Source: Dimargaris cristalligena (lineage: Eukaryota). From it: DNA of 45,644 bases. Under the pieces are notes generated by a model. That model was not told the origin of the DNA and did not search any database. It saw nothing but the letters and a program-made list of their open reading frames with translations. The position numbers were made by a program, and so were the translations under genes. The DNA lies in assembly GCA_003614675.1 (NCBI GenBank), contig ML002301.1:1-45644 (forward strand), in the 5' to 3' direction. This document shows positions 25,356 through 38,400 of this stretch, one piece after another (within the stretch, counting starts at the first letter, position 1; each line of letters opens with the position of its first letter).

Positions 25356-26087
25356 TTAAAAACGCTCCTTCATCCGGGCCGATAGCGTACGAAGGTGACT
25401 GTACACTTTACCGGGTGGGCTACCCAAAATCAAGTTAACAACGGCATCCCGGGCGGTTTTAATATTCTGGAAAGAACCCATAATATGGATTTTCGTATCG
25501 GCCAGGACAATCCGAGTCTTGGTGCAGTTCTCGATGGTGAACTTCGTCTTACCGCCCGAACCGGAGATACGGCCAATGGCACGGGACAGGTTATCACCCC
25601 GCAAAGTTTTCACGTCCTTAATTTCGAAGGAATCAATGTATAGGTCGTCCATACGCAACAGCGCCACACAGTCGTCGACCTTGAACCCCAGCGTAAACGC
25701 CCGCAGGAAATCGGCGGCCTTCTGAATCGCCCCGCTGTCTTCGGTTTGGTCATTGGTACGGATTTCCACGGCCTTTTGGCGAATGTCCATACGAATGTCC
25801 AATTTCAGGTGAGTGACAATCGGGGTGTAGATTTTCATCCACTCTTTGCGTAGGGGGGCCATGCGGTGAGGGGGAATCAGGATTTTGCGCTGCTGGGGCT
25901 CGGCCCCGTTGAGGTCAAAATAGGAGAGGGGCTTGAATTTGGGCTTGCCCCTGGTGCTGAGGGGCTCGTCGATGATCATATTCAGTTCGACGGGCTCGGC
26001 CTCGGGCAGTGAATCAGGGTCGATTAGGACCATGTCGCCCGAGGCTTCGAGTAGGTCAGTGGGTTTGGTTTGGGATTGGGCAGCCAT
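25356..26087 (-). CDS. PNO1: Pre-rRNA processing KH-domain protein Pno1/Dim2, 243 aa, intronless
   Basis: IPPHRMAPLRKEWMKIYTPIV, AIQKAADF, ALLRMDDLYIDSFEIKDVKTL, LSRAIGRISG and LILGSPPGKVY...RMKERF. Confidence 0.97.
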   Translation of the reverse strand: MAAQSQTKPTDLLEASGDMVLIDPDSLPEAEPVELNMIIDEPLSTRGKPKFKPLSYFDLNGAEPQQRKILIPPHRMAPLRKEWMKIYTPIVTHLKLDIRMDIRQKAVEIRTNDQTEDSGAIQKAADFLRAFTLGFKVDDCVALLRMDDLYIDSFEIKDVKTLRGDNLSRAIGRISGSGGKTKFTIENCTKTRIVLADTKIHIMGSFQNIKTARDAVVNLILGSPPGKVYSHLRTLSARMKERF

Positions 26088-29000
26088 GGCTCGGTGGGGA
26101 CAAGTATGAATCGGAGGTAGATATGCAAATTTTAAATATATATATATATAAAAACGAAGCGGGGCGTGGAATGCGGGAAAGTACAGAAATGTTAGTGGGC
26201 CAACAATGAGAGCAATTCAACCAAAGTCTCTGGGGGAGGGGCTCCGTACGGGTTTTTTGAGGCGCTCGGCTTAGGGAAGTGTCGAGTCGTGTAGACTGAT
26301 AGCCTCAGCCAAACTTTTTTTTTGGCCCACTGGCTGTGGTGAAGGAAATTATCGAGTGGAGGGTTAATCTTATTTGCAATAATCCTTAATTGCACCTTTA
26401 TTTTTTTTCGTTTGGGATATCCACACCTAACAAGGTCGATACAATGAGTCACGTGGTATACCTCTCGTTGGCTTTTTGGATAATTCTGCCTATAAACCCT
26501 GATTATAAGACTTGGAATATTGATTGAAACATAGATCGTTAGCCACGGGTACCATACGGACAGTCTAAAGGGTTCAGTAAATACCACGATGATGTATTCA
26601 TAATATAAATTTCGAGGCTTATGAGGCGGCGGAATAGTTGGATGATTGCCAAGGTGTATAGTCTCAAATTGTGGTGTCTATTTCTTATGTCTTAATAATC
26701 AACCGAAAATGGAATGGTTATTTACGGCCAGCAGAATGTAACTAAAGTGATGTAGGTTTACCACCACGAATTGCTTCGGCCGCGTACCGGCAACCTCATA
26801 TCTAGTTTACATTTTGATTAAAGTTTTAGCAACACCTGGCCCTACTACGGCTATTCTCTATAATTATCGATGAGGCCATTGAAAAACTTGACTAGGAGGC
26901 TAAGTCCACATATCACTTTACGATAAAATTCAGCTATTCAATTTGTTGATAGTAGTTGACTAGAGGTAGTTTAATAACTTAATGTGCCACCTAATAAGGA
27001 GCGCGAATATGCTTCAGCCAGATGGGCGAGTACAGTGGCAGTTTTTTAAACAGACTACGTTTTTCCAAATACATACTAAGCCACCTGATTGCTGTTGAAA
27101 CCAAATGGACTTCTATTCCGGTTGCCCAGGGTGCCTTTTGAGTTCACGAGCGCCAAAGGAAAGCAGGGGTCTGTCCCCACTTCCACGTGTTAATTAAATT
27201 CTTTGCAGCCTGTAATAAACCTGTTATTATTGGCTTAAATTATTGTCGCGGTTAACTAAAGGAGTAAAAATCGAGTATAATTAGAATCGCCAATTTGGTG
27301 CGGCTGGATATTAGGATTCAAAAAAAACCCTGAATATGTGAATGGGGTCGGGCTGGTATTCGAGGTCTCAGATCCGGTTTTACATCACATAGGGATGAAT
27401 CAGCTTCGCTTAAAGACCCTCGTGGCCAACAGGCGGATACAATCTGCCTGGATTTAGAGATATATTATGCGACCCCTTGTAATACCTGCTTGGAAAGTCC
27501 ACCAGCCATGCAAAATTAATTTATAGTGTCCCGTGTACCCCCGAAGGTCATTATGGCTTTCTCACTGCCAAAGATGGTACGCTTATATTCAGTACAGCCT
27601 AGTATTGCACAATCCTTGCCGCAATTCTTATCGTTGGCAGTTGTCAGACGCTAAACTGCTGTATTCATGTTCCTTGCGCAATTATCCACAAGTAGTTATA
27701 TAGAGCCTACTTCAGTATACATGGGGACAGGTCATTAAGCTGTTCTAGAAACGGTCTGTAAGCACCCCCGTTCGAACGTGCATCTCTACCTTCACATTAT
27801 TGTCACCCAGACGCACCGGGACACAGCCCCAAAATGATGGCCCATGGCCAATTTATCATTTAAGATTGGGAGGACGTTAACAGTGACTACATAGAATCAG
27901 GAGAGTGAGGGTGGCGGGGGGGGGTTGGCTGATATTCGATTTATCAATACATAATGCTGTGACGGCCATTCTTTTATCCAGAAATACCATTGTCGGGGTT
28001 TCCACTCATCCAACCCAGTCCACCTTATACCTCTCCTTTTACTATATTGTGCGGCAAATTGCATTCTTCTGGGACGATTCGTCCATATATGGGGTTCCGG
28101 TTGTGTGACAATTGCAGAGGGGGTCACTCAATTCTTCATTCAAAGTTTATTTCGTCAGGAGAGGGGATGTACAGAACCCATTTTAGATCAACTGGCCGAG
28201 CCTTTTTGTGTAACAACTGGTCAGTGGAATTGGAGTTGGAAACAAACTGTTAACTGGGCTGTTTCTGGAGGAAAAGGGGGAAGGGAGGATACACCAATGG
28301 CGTCAGAATGGGAATGCATGGTGTAAATAATGACGGTTCGGTTCAGCGGTTTGAATGGGTTTGCCCATCCCCTTCCCCGATAAGTCTAGGGTGAGTTGGG
28401 CCATTTGTATATTATTATGTGCTATATTTGGAATATATTGTAGCAGTGTTGGTAGAGTGAGAGTCATGGCACAGCCAGTTGTGCCTATTAGGGTAAAAAG
28501 ACTGGTTAGGGTATGATTATGATTGCCCAGTGTATGTATGGGGGGAAGTTTAGATGATAGGGGGAAGGGGCGGGGTTTCTCGCGTGGCGGATCGTGCATC
28601 TTTGACAGAACGTGGCCACTGGATGGCCGGGGAGTGACGTGGGCCGAACGAACTGGTTTAGGTAGAATAAAACTGTACATCCTCCAATACATACAGTTCA
28701 ACTCCCATTACTGCAGCACCACGCGCGGCACACTGCCCATCCCAGTCACCGATGGATAAATTAGAGGAGAGGGAGGAGGAGGAGGAGGGAGGTTCAGTCT
28801 GGGCTGGCAAGCCTTCGCCGAGACTCCCCCCTTCACCCTTGGCTAAGTAATGCTCGGCTCGAGGCAAGGGGAGTGGGGTGGTGTGTACGGGTGGATGAGG
28901 TCATTTTAATGGGAAAGGGGTGTTCGGACAACGGGTGTTAAAAATAGCCCATATGGGCCCAGGAGTCGGCGATTCATGCAGCTGCGCTATAGCCCTTGTC

Positions 29001-29652
29001 GAGGAGGATTGGGTAACGCAGCATTCGGGATACAATCACTTCAGTGGTTGGTGAAGGAGGGGGTTTCAGCCCCAATGACTGGCCCGACCCGAGAGAAGCT
29101 GTAAAAACACTGTTGGAATTTATATTGCTGAAACTGGGTTCTGAAAACGGCTTCCTTCGCAATAGATTGAATATGGAGCATTCGGGGAGACTTTGAACAC
29201 CCCTCGGGAAGGGAGAAAAAAAGGGGGAGGATAAGTCCACTATCGGGAAATGCAGCGGTGTAATTAAAGTAGTAGCAATGATAGTAATGATATAAATAGT
29301 ATTAGCAATAATAAAAGTAGTAATAGTGGTAGTTGTTGATGGACTGAAGGGATGTGGATGCGGAAGGTATTTCATGCGAAGTATTGTCCACCTTAAGCTG
29401 CGTGGTTGGGGAGGGGGGTACAGTGGAGGGAGTGTGGAGCGGGTGGGAAGAACCAATCTCGTGCCCAGCGCATGGCATCCCCGGCTGCTCTATTTGGGTC
29501 CCATGGCAATAGGCATGGCTGGCCACGCGATGCCCACCACACCCACATAGATCGCACTGCTATAGAGATTGAGCCAATCGCATCAGTAGTGGCCGCTGCC
29601 CATCATTCATCACCCAACTACCACACGGGCCGCCGACTCCACGATGCCTACC

Positions 29653-29684
<32 letters not shown>

Positions 29685-29685
29685 T
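29653..29685. repeat. Interrupted (TA)n microsatellite
   Basis: Read directly; one TG interruption. Confidence 0.85.
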
Positions 29686-32449
29686 GATATGTATGTACCA
29701 CTCTCGCTGGCCTTACTCCTTAGGGGACTCAGCTGTAAGGAGTGGTTGGCCCGACGCATGCCTTCGAGGGGTGCTGATTAACGGCGTTTCTATGCAGAAA
29801 TGGTCACCACATGGCAAGCGGGCCCAGGCAACGAACGAGGTGACCTCTTCCCCAGTGCCATACCACATATCACTCTCCCCATCAATTAAATTAGCACCCC
29901 TCCTTCCTATTTTCCAGGGTTTTGGACCCGCACTACGGTTATCCTCCTCCCCACCCCTTCGAAACTCCACTGGAAAGTGGCCAAGCAATTCAAGGCATCG
30001 CCTGTGTTGCGGCAGGGGAAACGGGTGGGCTTACTGGGGCTGGGCCAGGCTAATGGTGAAGAAAAGCCCTCTTCGTAACACAGGTGTAACGGCTCTACCA
30101 ATACCGTTGGCAAGAGACGGAAAGGGTCATTAGTGGGGAGGGCCGTTGCGGGGCACTGTCAGTGGTAACGCGTGGCGGCAGTGGAAAACCCGCATATAGT
30201 CTCCATGCGTACCAGGTCGCACAGACCTGTCAATAATGGGGGAGAGGGGGGCAACCTACCCGCTGCCATCGCTCTTTGGTCCGCCGTTAACAATGTATGC
30301 TATATGCTGTTTGGAGGCGAGGGCTTTATAAAGTTGAAGCAGCGCGCTGACCCTCCCACTCTTCCTTCCTTCATTCTTGAATTACCAACCGTTTCTGTTT
30401 GTGTGCCTGTCTGTTCTAACCGCACAGTTTGCTAGTTATTACATGTGGGGTGGTTCGTTGCCCGTCGATCTTTTCCCTCTCACTCTTTCTATTATTCCCG
30501 TTCTCTTCAGACCGCAAGTCCCAGTGTCATTTCTGTTTGAGCAACCCGTCTTCCCAGGCTTAACCGTTATCCTCACCCCGGGTTCACTCATATTATATAA
30601 CCGTGTGGGGTTGTTTTGGGGGTCCATCATTATTCATCCGACGGCCGCACCATTCAGTCCGAGAGATATACCCGTCTTCCAACTACCGCTTCTCCTCACC
30701 ACGTTCCGTAGTGCTCCTGGCCTTGTTGACCACCTGCTGCAGTGGGGTTTACCTTCTTATTCTGGACTCTTCCTCAATTAGGGCCAAGATCTAAATGCCC
30801 ATCATCAGTTAATTTCATTTGCCTTTCCCACTCAACACAGTGCCTGAATCTCTCTGGCCGGGTTTTGCTAGCTTTCCCCCCTCCCAAACTCCACCCACAG
30901 TCGCTGTGGTTCACCACGCCCTTCTCGGCTTAAGCCACCTGCCTCCCCCACCGTCCTTCTCCAGTCGCGACTGTATGCATGTGTCCATGCGGAAGATGCG
31001 CCTGTCTTGCCATCTCGCATCTTGTATTCGCTGCTACCTCATTCCCAGCTCACTCCCGCATTGCCCCATCAGGCTTTCCTTACGTTCCTCTTCCGCCTTT
31101 TAATATTCCTTCCCAGGACAGTCGTCACGTTTCCTCCGGTCCTCTCACTCACTTCATTTCATTTTGCCCTCCTATCCAATAGTTTCTCCTTTCTTTATTA
31201 TCAATTAGTCTCAGTAGCGGTTAAGTTAAAGCCGATTGCCACACCTCACCGACTTCTGCTGTATCTCCCCACCCCACCCCGCTCCGCCTTACCGCACTGA
31301 ATAGGAGGGGCCCGAGCACTCGGTCCATTGATTGTGTTAACGACCTCTCTCCCTCTAACCTCCCTTTTCCTTTATTTACTCGCCGCTTTGCTCTCGCCTA
31401 GTGGTCAGCTTCTCTACCCCCCTCTGTCTCTCTCTTTCTGACACCCGTTCGACTTGTGCTGTCCCATCGCCTTGGCTGTGCTTTTGTCTTTTCCGCCGCC
31501 CCCCCCTCTCTTCCTCATTTACTCACTCACACCCCGTGCTGCTCGCTGCCTTCCTATATTTACTCCACGCCGGCCGCCCGCTGTGCTCCCTGATTCTATC
31601 ACCTTTCTTTCCCATCCCCGCTTTTTTCTGCCTTACCCGACTACGCGCTACTGTGGCTTGCCCCACGTTTGTGTTCATCCCATTCCTTTCCCGTCGTCTC
31701 ACTCCTTCCCCACCTCGGTCGACCGCGCCTCTTTTATCTATTCCTCTGCAGTGACAAACTCCACCCATTCGCTCCTGGTTCTCCACCACCCTCACTTTTC
31801 CCGGCCTTTTGCACTGGTCTATAGATTCGCTTGTCCCCAATTTTTTTGTCTTTATTCCCCCACCCGTAATATCCATTATACTGCGCCTTCGACCAATAGA
31901 CACCCCCGTTCATATATATATATATATACTACCAGCCGCCTGTCCCAGTCACTTTTTACTATTGACGTAGAAGCCTCCTCTCCTCTTCTCTCCACTACTT
32001 TTGCGCTCAGCCTTTTTGACGCTCTCTCCTTTTATTTAGTTTGTACGCTCTTACTCACTGTTAGATGGGCTGGTCCTTTTCTCCCTACATCCCAATTGGC
32101 TTCATTTTCTAGCTTCTTTCATTTATTAGTATCCCTTCGGCGTTTAAGACCCTATCGTGGCTTCTCCTTCCCTGTGCTGCACACCATTTTCGTCAGGTTG
32201 CCTTAGTTCAGTCCATGCCTCTCCTAACCTCATTTTCAATCACCCTGAGTTCCACGTTTATATCAAGACTCGCTGCTACCTTCCCTCCCCTAGTCACCTT
32301 GACTTCTTGACCCCCCATCCCCTTGCCACCCACAACCCTGACCAGCCATTTGGTATTACCGTATCTGTGCCCTTTCTTTTAGCCGTGGTATATTCCCTTA
32401 TCCGTTTCGTTATCGCTACAGCTCTCCTTCGACCCTTTTATTTAACCGT

Positions 32450-34771
32450 ATGCCGACCATAATAGCACCTCCTCCTCCTATTCCCTGCGTTCTCCCTATC
32501 GATACCCACGTTGGGCCTGTTTTTGACATGAACCCCTCCTCTTGCTCTATAATTATTGTGGACAGCGTCTATTTGGCTTCGTCCTATCACCTTTTAGACA
32601 GTCCTTCGTCTGACGACGAGACCACCACCGAATTTTCGAGTCGTCCGACCACTGCCCGCTCGTCCACTATTCCCTCCGCTCCTTTACCGCCGACCCCACT
32701 ATCACCCCCGTCGACCCCACCCAGTACCCCCTCAGCCGCCCAGTTCTCTCAGGTCTTTTCACGTCGTCACCCGAAAACTGGCCGGAGGTCAAGTGTCCGG
32801 CGACCATGTAAGCGGGAGTGCCACGGCGCCTCTCGGTTTATCCAAATGCTCCTAGATACTTACCATAAGGTCACGGCGGTGACCTCGGGGGATGCTGCCT
32901 TCGCCTGTATCCGGAACCGGAGCACCCGGCCCGATACGTCCGTACTGCTACTTATCGACCTGGACCATCCCGCCCCAGCTGTCGAGGAGCTCCCCAACGG
33001 CACCAGCCGAGTTGGCTATAATGAAGACACCGATCCCAACGAGTTGGGCAGCGATGTCGTATACGGCCTACAGCTGCTTAAGTTGGTTGGTGAGCAAATG
33101 GACGGAGGCAAGCTGTCCAACGTTGTGCCCGTAGTGATGTCTTGCCGGCGAGACCCGGAGCTGATGCGCCAGGCCCTCTTACTCGGTGCCCTGGATTATC
33201 TCATTAAACCAGTCTCGGCGGAATCCATCCGGAGCCTGTGGCTTAACTCTGTCCGGTCCGAATTTCTACGGCGTAAGGGCCAGGTTTCCCCCGTTGAGCA
33301 GTGGACCACGGATTCCCCTCTGACTCTACGTGGGAATGGCTCCGTCGATTTTGACGCTCCATTTGACCATACCTGGCTGGAAAACTCGGTTGTGGAATCA
33401 TTCACACCTAATATTCTTCGGCCCCTGCGCCACACCTTCCCCACCGTCACAGGCCCTACGGCCGAAAAACAAACGGCAGCCCTTAAGCGGCGACTTCTCG
33501 AATGGGCTGTCTTCCCCTACGATCTAACCGAGGATGACTTGCTCCGGTGCATATATATCATCATCAAGGATGCCCTGGCCTGCTCCCATCTCCACATGCC
33601 TGATAATATCGTCCAAAATTTCATTCTAACCATCCATAACAGCTATTACAACACCAATGCCTACCACAACTTTCACCACGCCGTGGATGTACTTCAGGCC
33701 GCCTACTATTTTATGAAGACTTCCCAGCTCATGGACATTGGTCGGGATGCCAGCGCTGCTACCAAGTCCTTGATCCACCGCTCATTCCATGTCCATGACA
33801 TACTGGCCCTTATTATTGCCGCCATTGGCCACGATATCGGTCACCCTGGGGTTAACAACGGATTCATGACCGCTTGCCGGTCCCCACTTGCCACCTTGTA
33901 CCAGGACAAGGCTGTGCTGGAGCACTTCCACGCGACCGCCCTATGCCAAATCATGAAACGTTGCGGATTCGATATTGCTCGTTACAACCCTGGCTTCAAC
34001 GAGGCTGAGTTCCGCTACGTAATGGTGGAGACCATCCTTGCCACTGACATGGCCGCCCATTTCGACTATATTGAAAAATTTCGACAGCTTAAGTCCCGCT
34101 GCACGGTCGAGGCTGCCGCTCTACGCCGCAATTCGGTGACCGTTAGCCAACAGAGTCGCCTGACCGACCGCGTTATCATTTGTTCCATGCTTATCAAGTG
34201 CGCCGACATTAGTAACGTCACTCGGCCGTTCCACGTAGCCGGTTCCTGGACCAATCTTCTCAACGAAGAGATGGGCAAGCAAAGTGACCTGGAACGTAAA
34301 TTGGGTTACCCAGTCTCGATGGTCATTTCTCCCGAGACATCGGCCCGCTCCCAAGTAGGCTTTTACCGCGGTATGGCTCTTCCTCTCTTTGAGGCCGCCG
34401 TGGACCTGTTCCCATCCCTTGATTTTACCAGGGAGAACCTGTTGGAAAACATTAAGACCTGGGAACAGATCCAAGAGGAACAGGACCGGCGCCTGGCCGC
34501 TCAAAACGAACAGCGGGAAAGCCAGCGGAAACGGTTCGGAACATCCTGGACCAAGTCCCGAGGTTCGATTCGTTCCAATGCTGGGTCCATTCGATCTAGC
34601 ACGAGTAGCGGAGACGGTGGTCGGCCCCCGCGTGACAATACCGTCTCTCAGTTGCATTCGACTTCCTTGCCTTCGTTAGTGGATCCTGATGGCTCCCATT
34701 CTGGCGCATCTCTTACGCGAGCCTCTTCATCTGCCTCACGGAACCAACAACGTGTCCAGCCAGCTTCATAG
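32450..34771 (+). CDS. Class I 3',5'-cyclic nucleotide phosphodiesterase with an N-terminal response-regulator receiver-like domain (Pde2/RegA-like), 773 aa, intronless
   Basis: Catalytic motifs YHNFHHAVDV, HDIGHPGVNN, LEHFH, ILATDM, KCADISN and SQVGF. Receiver elements IIIVD, LLLIDL, VVMS and GALDYLIKP. An alternative ATG lies at 32528. Confidence 0.93.
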   Translation: MPTIIAPPPPIPCVLPIDTHVGPVFDMNPSSCSIIIVDSVYLASSYHLLDSPSSDDETTTEFSSRPTTARSSTIPSAPLPPTPLSPPSTPPSTPSAAQFSQVFSRRHPKTGRRSSVRRPCKRECHGASRFIQMLLDTYHKVTAVTSGDAAFACIRNRSTRPDTSVLLLIDLDHPAPAVEELPNGTSRVGYNEDTDPNELGSDVVYGLQLLKLVGEQMDGGKLSNVVPVVMSCRRDPELMRQALLLGALDYLIKPVSAESIRSLWLNSVRSEFLRRKGQVSPVEQWTTDSPLTLRGNGSVDFDAPFDHTWLENSVVESFTPNILRPLRHTFPTVTGPTAEKQTAALKRRLLEWAVFPYDLTEDDLLRCIYIIIKDALACSHLHMPDNIVQNFILTIHNSYYNTNAYHNFHHAVDVLQAAYYFMKTSQLMDIGRDASAATKSLIHRSFHVHDILALIIAAIGHDIGHPGVNNGFMTACRSPLATLYQDKAVLEHFHATALCQIMKRCGFDIARYNPGFNEAEFRYVMVETILATDMAAHFDYIEKFRQLKSRCTVEAAALRRNSVTVSQQSRLTDRVIICSMLIKCADISNVTRPFHVAGSWTNLLNEEMGKQSDLERKLGYPVSMVISPETSARSQVGFYRGMALPLFEAAVDLFPSLDFTRENLLENIKTWEQIQEEQDRRLAAQNEQRESQRKRFGTSWTKSRGSIRSNAGSIRSSTSSGDGGRPPRDNTVSQLHSTSLPSLVDPDGSHSGASLTRASSSASRNQQRVQPAS

Positions 34772-35464
34772 TCTCTTGATAATGGAACATACTTTTGGGA
34801 CCCAAGGTCCCCCTCCCTCCGTTTTTACCCCTTCCATATTATTACCTAAAAGTCACCCCATTCCATCCCCTCCCCCTCCTTGTAAATTACTCTTCCCACT
34901 ATTCACCTCAGCCTCACATTTTAGACTATTGATCAGTAATTAATTAACTACATAGTTTCCGATAATCAAAGTACATAAATGCGCATCCATCATTTTATTT
35001 TTTTGAAATGAAAATTCCCTAAGGGGCGGCATTAGTCGGTTCTACTGTTATCCAATGTCAGTAATATGGCTTGGCTGTGGGGTTTATGTTAACAAGCGCT
35101 CTAATTCTTGAGAAAAATTGTTAAATCAGTAACTAATGCAATAGCAAATGAATTAAATGGAAGCGCATCCCATGATTCGGTTGGCGGGATATACACAAGC
35201 CATTCTATACAAATAATCGTGCATTAGCACAAATAAGTACAATTAAATTCTTTAATGAATACACACATATATTATATATATAGTTACAGAGGGAACCAAT
35301 CACATAGAAATAAATACCAATAATCATGCAGACAAGACAATATATACAGAGGGGGGTTGAAAACGTGGGAACGGGATGGTGGACGCCGACTAATAAACAG
35401 GCCAATCGGGTTTACGCAGTCTGGTTTTACGCTATAAAACAGTGGCGCCGATTTCCTGTCATCA

Positions 35465-38400
35465 TTAGGGTAAAGTATAGGCACTGGGGGCATTGGAGGG
35501 AGTCAGGCTGACCTCCGTAGAGTTAGGGTGTGTGAATAGATGGGTCCGGGAAAGAAATGTAGGGCTCGGCATGGAGGCCATTTCGTTTTGCAAAGTCGAC
35601 ATGGAAGGCCAGAGGTTGTCCCGGGAGGAAGTCGAACCATGCCCATTACTACCACCCGTGCTAGTACCAGTCTCAGTGCTGATGCTGGTGCTGGAGTGGG
35701 TGGGGGACGGAAAATTGGTGATGGTGGGCAAAGGTAGCGTATTGGTACTCTGGACTAATTCGGAAAACCGATCGTAATTAGGCTCAGTCATCATTTTCCC
35801 GTCCGGCGCGAAGCCGGGCGAGGAGTAGTCTCCGACCTCCACGGCCGTGTTCCCCCCTCCCACCCCGGCGCGGTCATTGGCGGAGGAGGATGCGGGATTG
35901 TTGGGGTCCACCTTACCGCCGGCGGGTTTACGCCGGTATCCGAACGGGGTGGAGTCGTGGATCCGGACGACCCAGAAAATCATGGCGACCAGGAGAAATA
36001 CGGTCGTGTTGTAGAGGACAGCCCGGAGGGTCATGATCCATGGTTCGGCGTGTAATATGGACTGGTTGAGGGTGCCGCAAATGGCGAAGATGATGAACCC
36101 CACGAAGGTGGCTAAACATAGGACCGTTAGCTAAGGTGGGTTGGCGAGGAGGATGGGGCGGGTCGGTGGGAGGAAGAGGGAGGGATGGTGGGCCAATGGA
36201 TTGCAGTGGTTAGTAAAGCGGATAAAGTGGTCACCAGAGTTGGTGGAAAGGGGAGAAAAGGAGTCCAAGGGAAAGGTAATATGAAGGGGATTGGCTAGGG
36301 TGACAAAGGGAATTCCGGGTTGATTCGGGCCCCTCGTATCATTGGCCTGGACAGTAGCGGCGGAAATACTATACAGCGCGCTGGAAAAGGGGAGTGAGTA
36401 GATATGGGGGAGGGGGGCATTGTCGGTCACCACTACCGACCACCCGCCACTTAGAGAGGTGAATGTAAGCCTCCTTACCTTTTTTAGGGCTAGGCGAATG
36501 TTAGCAAAAAGAACGCTGCCCTTAATGAACACCAGGAACCGCATGCCTGTAGTATTTTTTAAAAAACAGGTATAGTATGCAAGGCCAATTAGAAAATAGG
36601 TGAGATAACAGAAAAGGGCAGGAGGGGTGCTTTGACCGCAATTTGAACATTGCCATGCCAATCCAAGGATCGAAGAAAGCCAATTGATCACCGGTTTTAG
36701 TGCGTACCAAGCCCAAGGGATACAATAAACGGGGACATAGCGCCTGTGGGTTGAAGGTCCGCTCACTAACTTACCGTAGAAGAATAACAGCATCCCTTGA
36801 ATAAGCATCGCAGCGGGGAGGAAAATCAGCGAAAACCACTTCTTGAGGGCCATGCCCAGGTCGGTCGGATACACCGTCAATATCATATTGAGCAGTGCGT
36901 AAAAGAACATGGTCAGCAGACCCAGGTACGTGCCTGCCCAAACGGCCTTGAGGAATCGAGGGGACTGGGTTTTCTTGATGATACTAGCCCTGTAGTTGGG
37001 GTACCATTTTATATTTCCGGATTGCAATGTGGGAAATTCGTACAAATTGTTACAGATAGGCCATTAGTTGGAATACATAAATATCGGTTACTGAATACAC
37101 GCAATCTTCCGGAAATGATAGTAGTCCCTTGGCTAATACCCGCGGAAGATTGGTTGCATGACCCATAGGAGGCTGAAAAGGGAATTACACCCCCCGCTAG
37201 TATACATTGTAACACTAGCGTATTCCCACCACTCCGCCATCCTTCTCCGGTACATCTGGTATAAGGAAGAAACATGATAACCAGCCCAGCCCATCCTCCG
37301 CCCAACCACCCTAATGACCCTAATATTATAATAGCAACTTACCAACTCAGCAGAATCCAGCAGTAGCAAATGTAGCCAGCCATCCAAGCGATATACCGAC
37401 AGTGTACCTGGATCCGGTTTTGCGTCGTGCTAATGGGGGCGATTAATCCGCCGGCCAAGAATATCAATGCGCCACTAAAAATAAAGACCGGTACATTCAG
37501 CCACTGCCCCGTCCACCGAATGGTTTGGACCGTCAAATAAATCCCAATAACGAGCAAAGGGGTTAACGAACTCCAGGCCATGGCGGTCCGGAATTTATAC
37601 CAAGCGGACTTACGGTCCCTATTCCACATGCCCTCATCCTGGACTAACTGGATTATCGTAGGCTGGAGTTTCAGGGGGGCTGTTGTCGGTGACTCGCCAT
37701 CGGTGACGGAGGAGGTGCGGTTATTGGCGGTGGACTGAACGTAACTACGGTCAAAGAGCTCCCGGGCCGAGTCACGACCAATGAGCGCCAAGGACACGTG
37801 AGGGGGCTTAACGCTGGCGTAGTCGAAGAAGTACTCTTCATCGGAACTACCGAAATTTTGGTTGCTATTGCTGTTGGCGGCGAGGAGAGCGACTCGGACG
37901 GGTGGGTAGCCCAGTTTGGCCATTTTAGACGTTAGGGCGGGGAAGTCCTCCAAGGCCTACGACAGTGAGTGAATATGTAGAGTAGTTCAATGGGGGCCGT
38001 GCCAGGTTGATATTCAAATATATATGGTCACAATGTTGCAGGGTCGTTTAGTATGGGCTTCAAAGTGATATAAGTACTGTCAAGGTCAGGTAGAGTGGCC
38101 AGGTCCTGCTTATTTACAATTTAGATCAGCCAGGGGAAGTGGAATAGACGGTCTACCATATAATACCGACACGGCATTAATTCGGCTTCGAGTCTAGGTT
38201 CTCTCTCTCACTCGCTCCAGTAATTTCCACCTTTGCCAGTTGGCCAACATACCGATAAATGAAAATGGTAGAAATATCATAAATTCCGAGCCGCGTTTTA
38301 CCTGACCGTAAGTGACACACTGGTTCATCTCCATATCTTCCCGGAGAAAAAACACAAAACTACCGTCAATTTCCCGACCATCTGTCGGTGCCACCCACGG

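Noticed and set aside
28540-28645. G-run cluster and repeated CGTGG/TGACGT motifs upstream of the PDE
   Set aside because: G-runs are frequent throughout this window's intergenic DNA, so they cannot be told from background by eye.
31454-32206. 250-aa hydrophobic ORF upstream of the PDE
   Set aside because: Non-ATG start. The F/L/S/P-rich composition and lack of stops follow from the C/T-rich leader.
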